In this document: piece after piece, positions 1 to 13,462 of the stretch | Layout: every line of letters starts with the position of its first letter | Numbering within the stretch: the stretch's first letter is position 1 | Notes under the pieces: generated by a model | What the model was told of the DNA's origin: nothing | Database searches by the model: none | What the model saw: the letters and a program-made list of their open reading frames with translations, nothing else | Assembly: GCA_038108875.1 (NCBI GenBank) | Contig: JAYNII010000002.1 | Location: forward strand, 33,388-97,387 | Origin: Gammaproteobacteria bacterium | GTDB taxonomy: Bacteria > Pseudomonadota > Gammaproteobacteria > Magnimaribacterales > D2472 | DNA: 64,000 nucleotides | Direction: 5' to 3' | Translations under genes and position numbers: made by a program

Positions 1-4
1 TTAG

Positions 5-400
5 TTATTCTTTGCTTTCAAAATCTAGCGAAAGTGAATTCACACAATATCTTAAGCCTGTAGGGTTAGGTCCATCATTGAAGACATGCCCAAGATGGGA
101 GTCACAACTTGCACACCTTATTTCTATGCGTTGCCTAGAAAGACTAAAATCTGGTAATTCTTTTATTTTTGATTTATCAATAGCTTCATAAAAGCTTGGC
201 CAGCCGCAGCCGGCGTCAAATTTTGAAGTTGAAGTAAAAAGTTCTTCTCCGCAACAAATACATTGATAGGCACCTTCATCAAAATGATCCCAAAACTTTC
301 CTGTAAATGGTCTTTCAGTCCCTCCTTTGCGAGTAACTTCATAAACATCCGGCTCCAACTTATCTTTCCACTCTTTATCGGTCTTCTGATTATCGCTCAT
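5..400 (-). CDS. msrB: Peptide-methionine (R)-S-oxide reductase MsrB
   Basis: 131 aa. Two CxxC zinc motifs (CICCGEE, CASCDSH) and the catalytic GLRYCVNS motif typical of MsrB/SelR. Confidence 0.9.
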   Translation of the reverse strand: MSDNQKTDKEWKDKLEPDVYEVTRKGGTERPFTGKFWDHFDEGAYQCICCGEELFTSTSKFDAGCGWPSFYEAIDKSKIKELPDFSLSRQRIEIRCASCDSHLGHVFNDGPNPTGLRYCVNSLSLDFESKE

Positions 401-402
401 AA

Positions 403-1104
403 TTAGTTTTTTATATTCCAGTCCTTTATAGCGTATATAAATATTGTATCAACAAGTGCTATAAAGACTTTGAAAATATACTTTGCTAGCGCTAGACCCA
501 AAGCTTCATAGAAAGTTAAGCCCACTGCTAACACCCAAGTAAATTGATAAACCAAAGAATCGATGAGTTGAGATAACATCGTGGATAAATTATTTCTTAG
601 CCAGAGCTTTTTGCCAGAAGTTTTTTCCTTTAAGTAGTGAAAAAGCCATACATCAAAACGTTGACTTATGAGATATGCAGCCAGGGAACCTATTACAAAA
701 ATTGGAGAATAATTTGCCAGGGTAGCTATAGCAGTATGAACTTCTGCAGAGGATGCGGCAATCTCTGATGGCTTAAAATAAGTGCTTACAACTAATGTAA
801 TCATTACAGCAACATTGGCTGCAAAACCAAGCATCACTGCTTTGGATGCTTCTTTCTTACCATACTTCTCATTTAAAACATCGGTAGCAAAAAATATTCC
901 TGAATAAAGAATCGCTCCCATGCTTACATTAAAACTGGTCCCAAAAAGAATAAATTCAGTAACTTTTCCTCCCTGAAGATTTGCCAATAAAATGCCAAGG
1001 ATTACAGCAGCGTACAAGCCCTCTTTACCATACAATCTATATAAAAAAACAGTTAAAGTAAGATCGTAAAAAACTACTAGCAACCATAAAATTTCTTGAG
1101 TCAT
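403..1104 (-). CDS. yhhQ: Queuosine-precursor transporter, YhhQ/VUT (DUF165) family membrane protein
   Basis: 233-aa polytopic membrane protein. The [20 protein letters not shown] segment and overall size and architecture resemble YhhQ. Call made by eye only. Confidence 0.6.
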   Translation of the reverse strand: MTQEILWLLVVFYDLTLTVFLYRLYGKEGLYAAVILGILLANLQGGKVTEFILFGTSFNVSMGAILYSGIFFATDVLNEKYGKKEASKAVMLGFAANVAVMITLVVSTYFKPSEIAASSAEVHTAIATLANYSPIFVIGSLAAYLISQRFDVWLFHYLKEKTSGKKLWLRNNLSTMLSQLIDSLVYQFTWVLAVGLTFYEALGLALAKYIFKVFIALVDTIFIYAIKDWNIKN

Positions 1105-1185
1105 AATCCTATATTCAATGAAATGTTATGATTAGCATAGCTGTCTTGGTGGCTATAATGTTAACACTGTTAATTAGGAAGTAAC

Positions 1186-2760
1186 ATGCAGGAATTAGGT
1201 TTTTATAGATTTGCAAAGAAAAATCCCCATGAGATTGCCATCATTGATACAAATGAGAAGGCCTGGACGCGTGGTGAACTTTTAACGAGAGTTAATCAAT
1301 TGTCAAATGGTCTTCTAGACCTAGGACTAAAAAAAGGAGACACAGTATCAATCCTCCTCCCAAACTCAGTTGAGTATTACATTTCGTACCTTGCTTGTGC
1401 TCAATGCGGTTTCTATATGGTTCCAATAAATTGGCACTTATCTGGACCGGAAGTAGCATATATTTTACAAGATTCAGAAGCCAAGGCTTTTATTACCTCA
1501 GGTCACAACGATCAAATTAATGCTGTTGCTCAAAAAGCCGCTTTAGAGGCTGGATTTAATAAAAATTCCTGTCTAGCAGTTAAACCAATAGAGGGCATGC
1601 TTGATTTTTATAATTTTCTTGAGGCTTACATGCCTATCGATCCCCAAGAGAGATCAGCGGGTCAAGTTATGAATTACACCTCAGGAACTACAGGTAAACC
1701 AAAAGGGGTTAAAAGAGCTTTAGTGGATGGCGATCCCGATGATGTGTTAAGCATGTTCGCTATGATTATTAGCTTTTTTGGAATTCAGCCCGAAAATAAT
1801 AATGTGCACCTTGTTGGATCGCCGCTCTATCATACTGCAGTGATTGTGCACTCCTCAGCAGCTCTTCATTATGGGCATACAGTTGTAATCATGGAAAAGT
1901 TTACTCCTGAAAATTTCCTTAGACTAATTGATGAGTATAAAGTTACAACTTCTCACATGGTTCCCACACAATTTCATAGAATTCTACAATTACCAACTGA
2001 AATCAAAAATATGTACGATTGCTCCTCAACTAAAGCTATGGTTCATGCTGCAGCACCCTGCCCCATTCATACCAAACAAGCAATGATTGACTGGTGGGGA
2101 AATTCTATCTGGGAATATTATGCTGCCACTGAAGGCGGGGGCACTGTGGTCAACTCTGAAGAATGGTCAAAATACCCAGGTACTGTGGGTAAGGCTTGGC
2201 ATGGAGCCGAAATTAAAATTGTTCATGATGATGGAAGAATTGCGGTCCCTGGCGAACAAGGTACCGTTTATATGAAATTAGGAGAGGCTACAAAATTTGA
2301 ATACAAAGGAGATAGGCAGAAAACTCAAAAAGAAAGATTTGAGCTTGATGGAAATATTTATTTTACAGTAGGAGATATTGGATATCTGAATTCTGAAGGC
2401 TATTTATTTTTATGCGACAGAAAAATTGACATGATTATATCTGGTGGTGCGAATATTTATCCCGCTGAAATAGAAAGTGTTTTTCTTAAACATCCAAAGA
2501 TAAGAGATGTAGCAGTATTTGGAATTCCCAATGAAGAATGGGGTGAAGAAGTTAAAGCAGTGGTTCAGCTTAATGATCCAAACCTTGCTGGAGAGGAGTT
2601 AGTCAAAGAACTTATGGAATTTGCCATTGAAAATATTGCAAAAATGAAGCTTCCTAGGACTATTGATTTCCTTGAAGAGATGCCTAGAGATGAAAATGGC
2701 AAACTTTACAAGAGACGTTTAAGAGATCCATACTGGGAAAACAGAAACACTAAAGTGTAA
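1186..2760 (+). CDS. AMP-dependent acyl-CoA synthetase/ligase (ANL superfamily)
   Basis: 524 aa. AMP-binding motif YTSGTTGKPKGV, GDIGY...DRKIDMIISGGANIYP, and a C-terminal K in PRDENGKLYKRRL. Confidence 0.85.
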   Translation: MQELGFYRFAKKNPHEIAIIDTNEKAWTRGELLTRVNQLSNGLLDLGLKKGDTVSILLPNSVEYYISYLACAQCGFYMVPINWHLSGPEVAYILQDSEAKAFITSGHNDQINAVAQKAALEAGFNKNSCLAVKPIEGMLDFYNFLEAYMPIDPQERSAGQVMNYTSGTTGKPKGVKRALVDGDPDDVLSMFAMIISFFGIQPENNNVHLVGSPLYHTAVIVHSSAALHYGHTVVIMEKFTPENFLRLIDEYKVTTSHMVPTQFHRILQLPTEIKNMYDCSSTKAMVHAAAPCPIHTKQAMIDWWGNSIWEYYAATEGGGTVVNSEEWSKYPGTVGKAWHGAEIKIVHDDGRIAVPGEQGTVYMKLGEATKFEYKGDRQKTQKERFELDGNIYFTVGDIGYLNSEGYLFLCDRKIDMIISGGANIYPAEIESVFLKHPKIRDVAVFGIPNEEWGEEVKAVVQLNDPNLAGEELVKELMEFAIENIAKMKLPRTIDFLEEMPRDENGKLYKRRLRDPYWENRNTKV

Positions 2761-4385
2761 TGGAATTTAATGCTGCAGATATCTTTGAAGGCGTAGTTCA
2801 AAGAATTCCCGAAAGAGAAGCTCTAGTTTTAGGAGAAACGCGTTTAACCTATCAAGAGCTTAATCAACAGGCTGATAATATGGCAGCCGCACTTACAAAA
2901 ATAGGTATAACGAAAGGCTCTCACATTGGTATATATGGCTACAACTCAATTGAATGGATTATAGTTATGCTTGCAGCTTATAAGCTTTGTGCTATTCCAA
3001 TCAATATCAACTACAGATATGTAGAAGAAGAACTCATTTATCTTATAGACAATGCTGATATCTCCCATCTTTTTTATCAAAAAGAATTTGAATTTCTTGT
3101 TGCAAAAATCAAGCAACGCCTCCCATCCCTTATTAAATGCGTATCGATGGATAGTTTAAGTAAGGAAAAACTTAATGATTCAACTCTACTTGATATTCTA
3201 GAAGATGCTGAAGGATATGAATTCAGTCCTCCCCCAAGAAGTGGAGATGACAAATATATACTCTATACAGGCGGAACTACTGGATATCCAAAAGGAGTTG
3301 TATGGCGAATGGAAGATGTCCTCATGACTCTTGGAGGCGGTATTGACCCAGTGTCTGGATATAAATATTCAAGTCCTGAAGAATTTGCTGACAAATCCTT
3401 GCAACCACAAATAAATGCTTTGGCTTTAGCACCACTCATGCATGGAGCAGCTCAGTGGCAAACTTTCAATGCTTTCTTTTCAGGATGGAAATTGGTGCTT
3501 AATGATCAAGTATCATTTGATCCTAATTATGTATGGGCTCTAGTTGAGAAAGAAAAAATAATGAATTTGACTATCACTGGAGATGGCATGGGAAGGCCTC
3601 TCTCAGACGCTCTGGCAAAAGAAGTCAAAACAAGAGATCTATCATCTTTATTTATTCTGACATCAACTGCATCCATGCTTTCTGCTTCTATAAAGGAAAC
3701 ATTTCTACACTATTTAGAAAAACTTATAATAATTGATGCTGTCGGAGCCTCTGAAACAGGAGCTACAGGCATTCATATTTTCACTAAGGATACTAATCTC
3801 AAGGGCTTGGAAAAAAGACCAAGGTTTGCAAAAACCACCTATTCCGCAATCTTGCATCCTAAGACATTTGCTCTGATTGACCCCTCTGACCACCAAACAA
3901 TAGGATATCTTGCAAGAACAGGAAATGTGCCAATTGAATATTACAAAGATCCTGATAAAAGCACCAAAACATTTATAGAAATTGAAGGGATTAGATATTC
4001 TCTACCAGGAGACATGGCGAAATATGAGGAAAATGGAGAAATCACCCTTCTTGGAAGGGGATCAATTTCAATTAATTCAGGAGGCGAAAAAATCTTCCCA
4101 GAAGAAGTAGAAATTGCACTTAAATCTCATCCAAATATTTTTGATTGTTTGGTGGTAGGATTAGAACATGAAAAATGGGGTGAAAGTGTAGCTGCAGTCA
4201 TTCAAAGCCGTAACGGACAAAAAATCAATTTTCTTGAAATTAGAGCAACCCTGAAGGACCTAATCGCTAGTTATAAACATCCCAAGGAGATCTTTTTCTC
4301 TAACCTGATTCAAAGAAGCCCCTCAGGGAAACCAGACTATGAATGGGCAAGGAAAATAGCATTAAAATTACGCAATGAGAGTTGA
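2760..4385 (+). CDS. Second AMP-dependent acyl-CoA synthetase/ligase (ANL superfamily)
   Basis: 541 aa. Motif YTGGTTGYPKGVVW and C-terminal SGGEKIFPEEVE...PSGKPDY. Its ATG overlaps the upstream stop (TAATG at 2757-2762). Confidence 0.8.
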   Translation: MEFNAADIFEGVVQRIPEREALVLGETRLTYQELNQQADNMAAALTKIGITKGSHIGIYGYNSIEWIIVMLAAYKLCAIPININYRYVEEELIYLIDNADISHLFYQKEFEFLVAKIKQRLPSLIKCVSMDSLSKEKLNDSTLLDILEDAEGYEFSPPPRSGDDKYILYTGGTTGYPKGVVWRMEDVLMTLGGGIDPVSGYKYSSPEEFADKSLQPQINALALAPLMHGAAQWQTFNAFFSGWKLVLNDQVSFDPNYVWALVEKEKIMNLTITGDGMGRPLSDALAKEVKTRDLSSLFILTSTASMLSASIKETFLHYLEKLIIIDAVGASETGATGIHIFTKDTNLKGLEKRPRFAKTTYSAILHPKTFALIDPSDHQTIGYLARTGNVPIEYYKDPDKSTKTFIEIEGIRYSLPGDMAKYEENGEITLLGRGSISINSGGEKIFPEEVEIALKSHPNIFDCLVVGLEHEKWGESVAAVIQSRNGQKINFLEIRATLKDLIASYKHPKEIFFSNLIQRSPSGKPDYEWARKIALKLRNES

Positions 4386-5397
4386 AACCTACATTCCCGG
4401 TCTAAGTCAAAAAACCCCTGAAATAGTTAGGCATGCTGAATCGCTTGGCTACGATTGCTTGGTCTCAGGTGAACTCAATAATGAACCATTTTTACCCGTG
4501 CTCCTCGGTCTTGAACATTCAAAAAAGATGATTGTTAGAACTGGATTAGCTATAGCATTTCCTCGAAGCCCAATGGTCGTTGCAAATATGGGTTGGGATC
4601 TTCAAGCTTTTTCTAATGGTCGTTTTCAATTAGGTTTAGGTACTCAAGTCAAGGGACATAATGAAAGGAGATTTTCAGTACCTTGGTCTCCTCCAGCTCC
4701 AAGAATGAGAGAGTATGTAATGGCAGTTAAATCAATTTGGAGATCTTGGAAGTTTGGAGAAAAATTAGACTTTCGAGGAGACCACTATACACATACTTTA
4801 ATGACTCCTATGTTTACTCCACCTCCAATGGCAGCTGAGCTTCCTCCAATTTACGTTTCAGGATTGGGACCAGGTATGGCTCGCATTGCTGGAGAAGTTG
4901 CAGATGGTTTGCTTCTTCATCCCATGTGTTCACTAGATTACATCAAGGAAATAATTATTCCTGCAATTCATGAAGGTGCCAATAAAGTTAATCGAGACCC
5001 AAAAGAATGCGAGTTGTTGTGGGGTGGATTCATAGCCACAGGTGAAACTGAAAAATCTTTGCAAAAAGCTAAAAGAGATATTGCGGCAAGAATTAGCTTC
5101 TATGCCTCGACCAGAACTTATAAACCTGCTCTTGAATTTCATGGTTGGGGAGATGTTAATGAAAAACTTCATGAACTCTCAGTGGAAGGTAAATGGCAAG
5201 AAATGTTTGATTTAGTTTCTGATGAAATGGTGGAAAAACTATCTTTTTATGGAACAGGGGAGCAGGTTGCTAGAAAAATGAAAGAACATTTAAATCCTAT
5301 TTGTTCAGCTGTAATGTGGAATGAGATTGAACATTTGGGTGAAGACCATACCAAAGACCAATATATGGCTGATCTAATATCGATTCTTAAAAATTAG
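4375..5397 (+). CDS. Luciferase-like monooxygenase (LLM) family flavin/F420-type oxidoreductase
   Basis: 340 aa. TIM-barrel LLM-like sequence (GRFQLGLGTQVKGHNERRF, ADGLLLHP). The start overlaps the upstream gene by 11 nt. Confidence 0.65.
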   Translation: MRVETYIPGLSQKTPEIVRHAESLGYDCLVSGELNNEPFLPVLLGLEHSKKMIVRTGLAIAFPRSPMVVANMGWDLQAFSNGRFQLGLGTQVKGHNERRFSVPWSPPAPRMREYVMAVKSIWRSWKFGEKLDFRGDHYTHTLMTPMFTPPPMAAELPPIYVSGLGPGMARIAGEVADGLLLHPMCSLDYIKEIIIPAIHEGANKVNRDPKECELLWGGFIATGETEKSLQKAKRDIAARISFYASTRTYKPALEFHGWGDVNEKLHELSVEGKWQEMFDLVSDEMVEKLSFYGTGEQVARKMKEHLNPICSAVMWNEIEHLGEDHTKDQYMADLISILKN

Positions 5398-5398
5398 T

Positions 5399-6793
5399 TT
5401 GAATATTAGAGAGCCTCACCCTTACTCACATCTTGGAGACAAATTTTCAAGCTTTGTTGAATTTCAGCCTTTAAAGAATATTTGTCATATCCATCGCAAC
5501 AAGTCTTTTATTCAAGAATTGAATGCACATGATGCATCAATAAGATTAGAAAGTATTTTTAAAGGAACTGGACAACCTCCTCATGGAATCTCGATGATCT
5601 ATGCTGGTCATCAATTCGGACAACATGTTTCTCAACTTGGAGATGGCAGAGGTCTGATGGTTGGCATGCTGGAGGAACCCCTCATCGATCTTCACATAAA
5701 AGGAGCTGGAAAAACACCGTATTCAAGATTTGGTGATGGAAGAGCAGTTACTAGATCGGTTATAAGAGAATATTTAGTTAGTGAAGCTATGCATGCTCTA
5801 GAGATACCCACTTCAAGAGCACTAATGATGGTTTTTAGTAATGAACCAGTATTTAGAGAAACCACAGAGAAAGGATCTCAACTATTAAGAACCAGCCAAA
5901 CACATATCCGGTTTGGTCATTTTGAATATTTTGCTTTTGCGCAGCAAAAAAATGAGCTGCGTATTTTACTTGACTGGTGCATTGAAAATTATTTCTATGA
6001 TTTGATTGATGATGATCAAAAATATTTAAAATTTTTCAAAGCAGTAGTTCAAAAAACTGCTTGGATGATTGCGGATTGGCAAAGCATTGGATTTTGTCAT
6101 GGTGTAATGAATACTGATAATATGAATATTTTAGGAGAAACTTTTGATTATGGTCCATTTGGGTTTATGGAAACATATAACCCCAAGCATATTTGTAATC
6201 ATACCGATGTTCATGGAAGGTACAGTTATCAAAATCAACCCCTCATTGGACTTTGGAATTGTTCAGTACTTGCTAAAGCATTGGAAAGAGAAATTGATGC
6301 ATCGATCCTTGAAAAATGCCTAAAAGAATATGAAGTTGAGTTTCAAACTAGGCTCCTTGATAATTACAGAAAAAAATTAGGTCTGTTTGAAAAAGAGGAT
6401 AGTGATCCCTTCATTATCCAAGAGCTTCTTAGTTATCTAGAAAGTACAAATTTAGATTATTCATTATCCTTTCAAAGCCTCGAAAGAGCTCTTAAAGGCG
6501 AAGAGTCGAGAATTGATAAAAATTGGCTTATTAAATTCAAACAACGCCATCAAAAAGAATCAACCCCATTAGAACAAAGAATCAAACTTTGCAAAAAAAG
6601 CAATCCAAAATTTATTCTTAGAAATTATCATATACAAAAAGTAATAGAAGCTGCAAATAATGGCAACTATACAGAACTCGAAGCCATGGAGTTTTTGTTA
6701 AAAAATCCTTTTGAATTCTTCGAAGACTACAACGAATTCTATCAACCAAGCCCTCATGGTTTTAACAACTTAGCCCTATCGTGTTCGTCTTAA
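5399..6793 (+). CDS. selO: Protein adenylyltransferase SelO (YdiU/UPF0061)
   Basis: 464 aa. Motifs GHQFGQHVSQLGDGRG, IKGAGKTPYSR and HGVMNTDNMNILGETFDYGPFGF. TTG start lies 1 nt after the upstream stop. Confidence 0.85.
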   Translation: MNIREPHPYSHLGDKFSSFVEFQPLKNICHIHRNKSFIQELNAHDASIRLESIFKGTGQPPHGISMIYAGHQFGQHVSQLGDGRGLMVGMLEEPLIDLHIKGAGKTPYSRFGDGRAVTRSVIREYLVSEAMHALEIPTSRALMMVFSNEPVFRETTEKGSQLLRTSQTHIRFGHFEYFAFAQQKNELRILLDWCIENYFYDLIDDDQKYLKFFKAVVQKTAWMIADWQSIGFCHGVMNTDNMNILGETFDYGPFGFMETYNPKHICNHTDVHGRYSYQNQPLIGLWNCSVLAKALEREIDASILEKCLKEYEVEFQTRLLDNYRKKLGLFEKEDSDPFIIQELLSYLESTNLDYSLSFQSLERALKGEESRIDKNWLIKFKQRHQKESTPLEQRIKLCKKSNPKFILRNYHIQKVIEAANNGNYTELEAMEFLLKNPFEFFEDYNEFYQPSPHGFNNLALSCSS

Positions 6794-7899
6794 TAGATAT
6801 CAATCAGCTTAGATAAAATCTCAAGGTTCTCCAGCTTCTCGCCCATAAAGGTATCATGAATAAAATCTCTTCTGGGAGGATGCTTTTCTCTAATGCTGCT
6901 TAAACTCTCCCCTCGCTCAAAGTCCTGTTTAAAGGAATACATGATCTCAAATAAGTCTAAACTTTTGCTAAATAGTCCTGTTGGGAAAGAGTAAGAATGA
7001 AAATTTTCCTGAAATTTTAAAAATTCTGCTTTACTGATTTGTTTCCCTGGAATACTTATTAATTCGTTCGAAATCGATCTACCAAGAAAGCTTGCAAGCG
7101 CTTGTATTATCATTCTGGTCCCATTATTTTTACCATCAATGCTATATCCTGCAATATGAGGAGTATACAAAAAAGATTCTCTAAAAAATCTCTCTTCAAT
7201 GACTGGTTCCTGCTCCCATACATCCAAAATAAGATTTATTGAACTGAATTCATTGAGTATGGATTCATTGATTACCCCTCCCCTAGAAGTATTTATTAGT
7301 GTTTTAAATTTCAATTCTTCAAGCTCTTTCCTATTAATTAAATGGTAAGTTGGAAAATTACCAGTATAAGAGAGCGGGACATGCAAAGTTACAACATCAT
7401 GACAAAGGGCATCTTTAATTGATTGAGATGATGAAGAAAAAACAAACGGATCGAATACAGAGTATGGAATACGCAAAGCCTTTAAAACTGAAGCCAATCT
7501 AGAACCTATGTTGCCATAACCTACAATACCAACTCCATTACCAATAGTTCCAAGTCCTTGTGAATAAATAACCTCCAAGGCAGACATTACATAATGGACC
7601 ACAGACCAAGCATTGCATCCTGGTGCATGTCCCCACTCTATTCCAATTTGTTTCAAGAAATTAATATCAAGATGATCAATTCCTGAGGTAACTGAACCAA
7701 TAAATTTAATTGAGTGATTGTTGAGAGTGGTTTCATTAATTTTTGTAGTGGATCGGATTAGTAAGATATCTATATCTTTTTGATCTAAGTAACTAAATTC
7801 GTCACCTTGGAAATAAGTTATATTAAACTCTTGCTTATCAAATAATTTAAGCAAGTTTAATTCAAGGTCAGGTATGGCTCTGTCTGCGGCTAAATGCAT
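6790..7899 (-). CDS. pdxB: 4-phosphoerythronate dehydrogenase
   Basis: D-2-hydroxyacid dehydrogenase fold (GIVGYGNIGSRL; SRGGVIN; HIAGYS) with a PdxB-type C-terminal extension. I prefer the internal ATG at 7897-7899 (MHLAADRAIP...), which overlaps the upstream stop by 1 nt, over the ORF-track start at 7938. Confidence 0.75.
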   Translation of the reverse strand: MHLAADRAIPDLELNLLKLFDKQEFNITYFQGDEFSYLDQKDIDILLIRSTTKINETTLNNHSIKFIGSVTSGIDHLDINFLKQIGIEWGHAPGCNAWSVVHYVMSALEVIYSQGLGTIGNGVGIVGYGNIGSRLASVLKALRIPYSVFDPFVFSSSSQSIKDALCHDVVTLHVPLSYTGNFPTYHLINRKELEELKFKTLINTSRGGVINESILNEFSSINLILDVWEQEPVIEERFFRESFLYTPHIAGYSIDGKNNGTRMIIQALASFLGRSISNELISIPGKQISKAEFLKFQENFHSYSFPTGLFSKSLDLFEIMYSFKQDFERGESLSSIREKHPPRRDFIHDTFMGEKLENLEILSKLIDIY

Positions 7900-8540
7900 C
7901 AATCTTCTTTTGTTCTTAAAAAGATGCTTTTTAGCCAACCTAATAAGGTATTAGACTTAAGCTTATCTTGGTCAATTAAATCAAAATCATTAAATAATTT
8001 TTTAGGGTTTTTGTAGAGATCTTCTCTAGAAATAAAATTACCTTCTAGACTTTTAACCTCGCCAGCAGGATTTCCTGCATATACTTTGTTTGCAGGAACA
8101 TTTTTGGTTACTACTGATCCTGCTCCTATAATGCTGTTATCTCCAATAGTTACTCCCTTGCAAATAATTGCGCTATCTCCAATCCAAACGTTATTACCTA
8201 ATTTAACTTCTTTAGGGGTTCCCGCCACCTTAGTCCTATCATAAATATCATGCCAGTCTGAATCAGTAACATAGGCACCCTTTCCAAACATACAGGCATC
8301 TCCAATAGTGATTTTCTTTGCTGCAAGTATTCTTACTCCTGGAGAAATTAATACGTACTTCCCTATTTTAAGTCCTCCCTCTTCTTGCTCTTCATCATCC
8401 CAAGATGTAAGACGAATCTTCCCATCAGGTTCAGCAATCATAGTTGGAAAATCATCAACACTTATGTTTGAACCAAAAATAATAATATTCCAAGGTTTAA
8501 AGAAAGTGCCTCCTCTGCCAAATGATTTAAATTGAGGCAT
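7899..8540 (-). CDS. Hexapeptide-repeat (left-handed beta-helix) acyl/acetyltransferase
   Basis: 213 aa. Hexapeptide repeats (LGNNVWIGDSAIICKGVTIGDNSIIGAGSVV). Substrate unknown. Confidence 0.6.
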   Translation of the reverse strand: MPQFKSFGRGGTFFKPWNIIIFGSNISVDDFPTMIAEPDGKIRLTSWDDEEQEEGGLKIGKYVLISPGVRILAAKKITIGDACMFGKGAYVTDSDWHDIYDRTKVAGTPKEVKLGNNVWIGDSAIICKGVTIGDNSIIGAGSVVTKNVPANKVYAGNPAGEVKSLEGNFISREDLYKNPKKLFNDFDLIDQDKLKSNTLLGWLKSIFLRTKED

Positions 8541-8681
8541 AAAAAATCTCTTTACATATAATCTACTGAGACGGTTAGATAATTTTTTTAGCCAATAAGG
8601 TCTATGATCTCTTCTAATTTTTAACTCCTTTGTTGAATAAGTTAACCATGATACATTGGCTCGGTATTTAATTCTTACTAG

Positions 8682-10031
8682 ATGGAAAAATTTTTTAAAG
8701 AAGCAAAAAAATTCCTAAAACTTGGTATTCCTATTTATGGATCTCAATTATCTTATGGGGCAATTCAACTAACAGATACAATTATTGCAGGCAGAGCCGG
8801 CGCACAAGAGTTGGCTGGAGTAGCTTTAGCCTCCTCTCTTGCAACGCCGTTATTTTTCTCACTCAGTGGAATAATGTTTGCTTTAACTCCTATTGTTGCT
8901 CATCTCTTTGGAGCTAGAAAAATTAAGAACATTCGGTCAAAAATGCGTCAATCTATCTGGATTGCTGTAGGAATTGGAACTATCCTTACGGTTGCTTATT
9001 ATTTTGCTTCAAATTTACTAATATTTTCAAATATTGATTCAGAAATTGTTTCTATTTCGGATTCATATCTTAAAGGTTTAGCTATAGGAGCAATTGCAAT
9101 GATGTGGTTCACCTGTCTAAGATGCTTCAGCGAAGGAGTCACACAAACTTTACCTGTATTTTGGGTAGCTTTCATTGCGATGATTCTAAATATCCCCTTA
9201 GATATTATTTTAGTATATGGATACTTAGGGTTTCCTAAGCTTGGAGGTGCAGGTTGCGGATATGCAACCTCAATTATTTATATTTTTATGGCAACGGCCA
9301 TGACAATTATTATTATGCTAAAACAATTCTATACAGAACTTCGGTTTTTTAATAAGTTTGAAATACCATCTATTCAAACCTTTAAAGAATTAATGTTTTT
9401 AGGCATGCCAATTGGAATAGGAATTTTTGTTGAATTGAGTATGTTCTCTGGTGCAGCGCTAATTCTTGGTCCCCTAGGCGACATTGTTCTTGCAAGCCAT
9501 TCAATCGCCCTAAGTATAGCAAGCATGGCTTTTATGCTTCCTCTTTCCATTGGACTTGCTGCAGCTGCTAGGGTTGGAAATTTGATTGGGGAACAAAAAA
9601 TTGAGGGAGCAAAATATGCATCAAAGCTTGCAATAACAATTACTCTTTTTGCAGCTGGTGTTAACACTATCGCAATTATCCTTTTAGATGAATGGATAGT
9701 TAGCTTTTTCAGTACTGAAACAATGGTTGTTAACACAGCGCTTAGTTTGCTTGTATTAGCGGCGGTATTTCAACTGCCTGATGGATTTCAAATGGGAGTA
9801 TTGGGAAGTCTTAGGGGTTATAAAGATACATTTATACCAATGATTTTGCTTATGATATCTTATTGGGTTTTCGCTTTACCTGCTGGTTACTTTCTTACCT
9901 ACATAGGATTTCATGAACCAATGGGCGCAAGGGGAGTATGGGTAGGAATGATTGTTGGATTAACAATATTCTCGGCTTTAGCTATTACAAGACTTAAATA
10001 CGTTATTAGTCTTAGCCTAAAACAGACTTAA
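8682..10031 (+). CDS. norM: MATE family efflux transporter
   Basis: 449 aa, 12-TM-like. The N-terminal region ([36 protein letters not shown]) is typical of NorM/MATE. Confidence 0.75.
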   Translation: MEKFFKEAKKFLKLGIPIYGSQLSYGAIQLTDTIIAGRAGAQELAGVALASSLATPLFFSLSGIMFALTPIVAHLFGARKIKNIRSKMRQSIWIAVGIGTILTVAYYFASNLLIFSNIDSEIVSISDSYLKGLAIGAIAMMWFTCLRCFSEGVTQTLPVFWVAFIAMILNIPLDIILVYGYLGFPKLGGAGCGYATSIIYIFMATAMTIIIMLKQFYTELRFFNKFEIPSIQTFKELMFLGMPIGIGIFVELSMFSGAALILGPLGDIVLASHSIALSIASMAFMLPLSIGLAAAARVGNLIGEQKIEGAKYASKLAITITLFAAGVNTIAIILLDEWIVSFFSTETMVVNTALSLLVLAAVFQLPDGFQMGVLGSLRGYKDTFIPMILLMISYWVFALPAGYFLTYIGFHEPMGARGVWVGMIVGLTIFSALAITRLKYVISLSLKQT

Positions 10032-10877
10032 CTGTATTGCCTATCTGTAATAAGTTTTCTGCAATATGTACACCGCAGGATTTTAATTTTGCAATTTTAT
10101 CCTCTGCAGTTCCTTTACCTCCAGCAATGATAGCCCCAGCATGTCCCATGCGCTTTCCCGCAGGAGCTGTTTGGCCTGCTATATATGAAATTACTGGCTT
10201 GGTAAGATTTTTTGCGATGAAATCCGCAGCTTCTTCTTCAGCAGAGCCACCAATTTCACCAACTAAAACAATAGCTTTTGTTTCCTCATCTTTTTGAAAT
10301 AACTCCAAAATATCTTTAAAAGATGAACCCGGAATTGGATCTCCCCCAATTCCAACACAGGTACTCTGTCCTAGCCCCAAGTCTGTGGTCTGTTTAACAG
10401 CCTCGTAGGTTAAAGTTCCAGATCTGGAAACAATCCCTACAGATCCCTTTAAATGAATGTCTCCTGGCATTATTCCAAGCTTTGCCTCTCCTGGAGTTAT
10501 AACACCAGGACAATTCGGTCCTATTAGTCTCAGACCTAGAGCATCAATTCTTTCCTTAATTATTAACATATCCAAAGTTGGAACTCCTTCGGTTATACAT
10601 ATTATTAGCTCTATCCCTGCATCAGCAGCTTCAAGAATAGAATCTTTGCAAAATGGTGCTGGTACAAAAATAATTGTTGCATTTGGATTTACTGCCTCTT
10701 TTGCTTCTTGAACAGAATTAAAGACTGGTTTATTCAAATGAGTACTTCCACCTCTACCAGGAGTTACACCACCAACTACATTGGTACCATATGCAATAGA
10801 TTGTTCTGAATGCATAGTTGCCTGAGATCCAGTGAATCCTTGAACTAATAATCTGGTATGCTTATTGACTAGTATAC

Positions 10878-10881
<4 letters not shown>
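10012..10881 (-). CDS. sucD: Succinyl-CoA synthetase alpha subunit
   Basis: 289 aa. Motifs [21 protein letters not shown] and MGHAGAII (phosphohistidine loop). Confidence 0.95.

Positions 10882-13462
<2,581 letters not shown>

Noticed and set aside
1105-1185. A possible preQ1 riboswitch upstream of the yhhQ-like queuosine-precursor transporter.
   Set aside because: The 81-nt leader on the minus strand shows only a weak ATAGC...GCTAT hairpin. It has no A-rich tail and no conserved preQ1-I/II features that I can recognise. An Rfam scan would settle it, but I cannot support the call.
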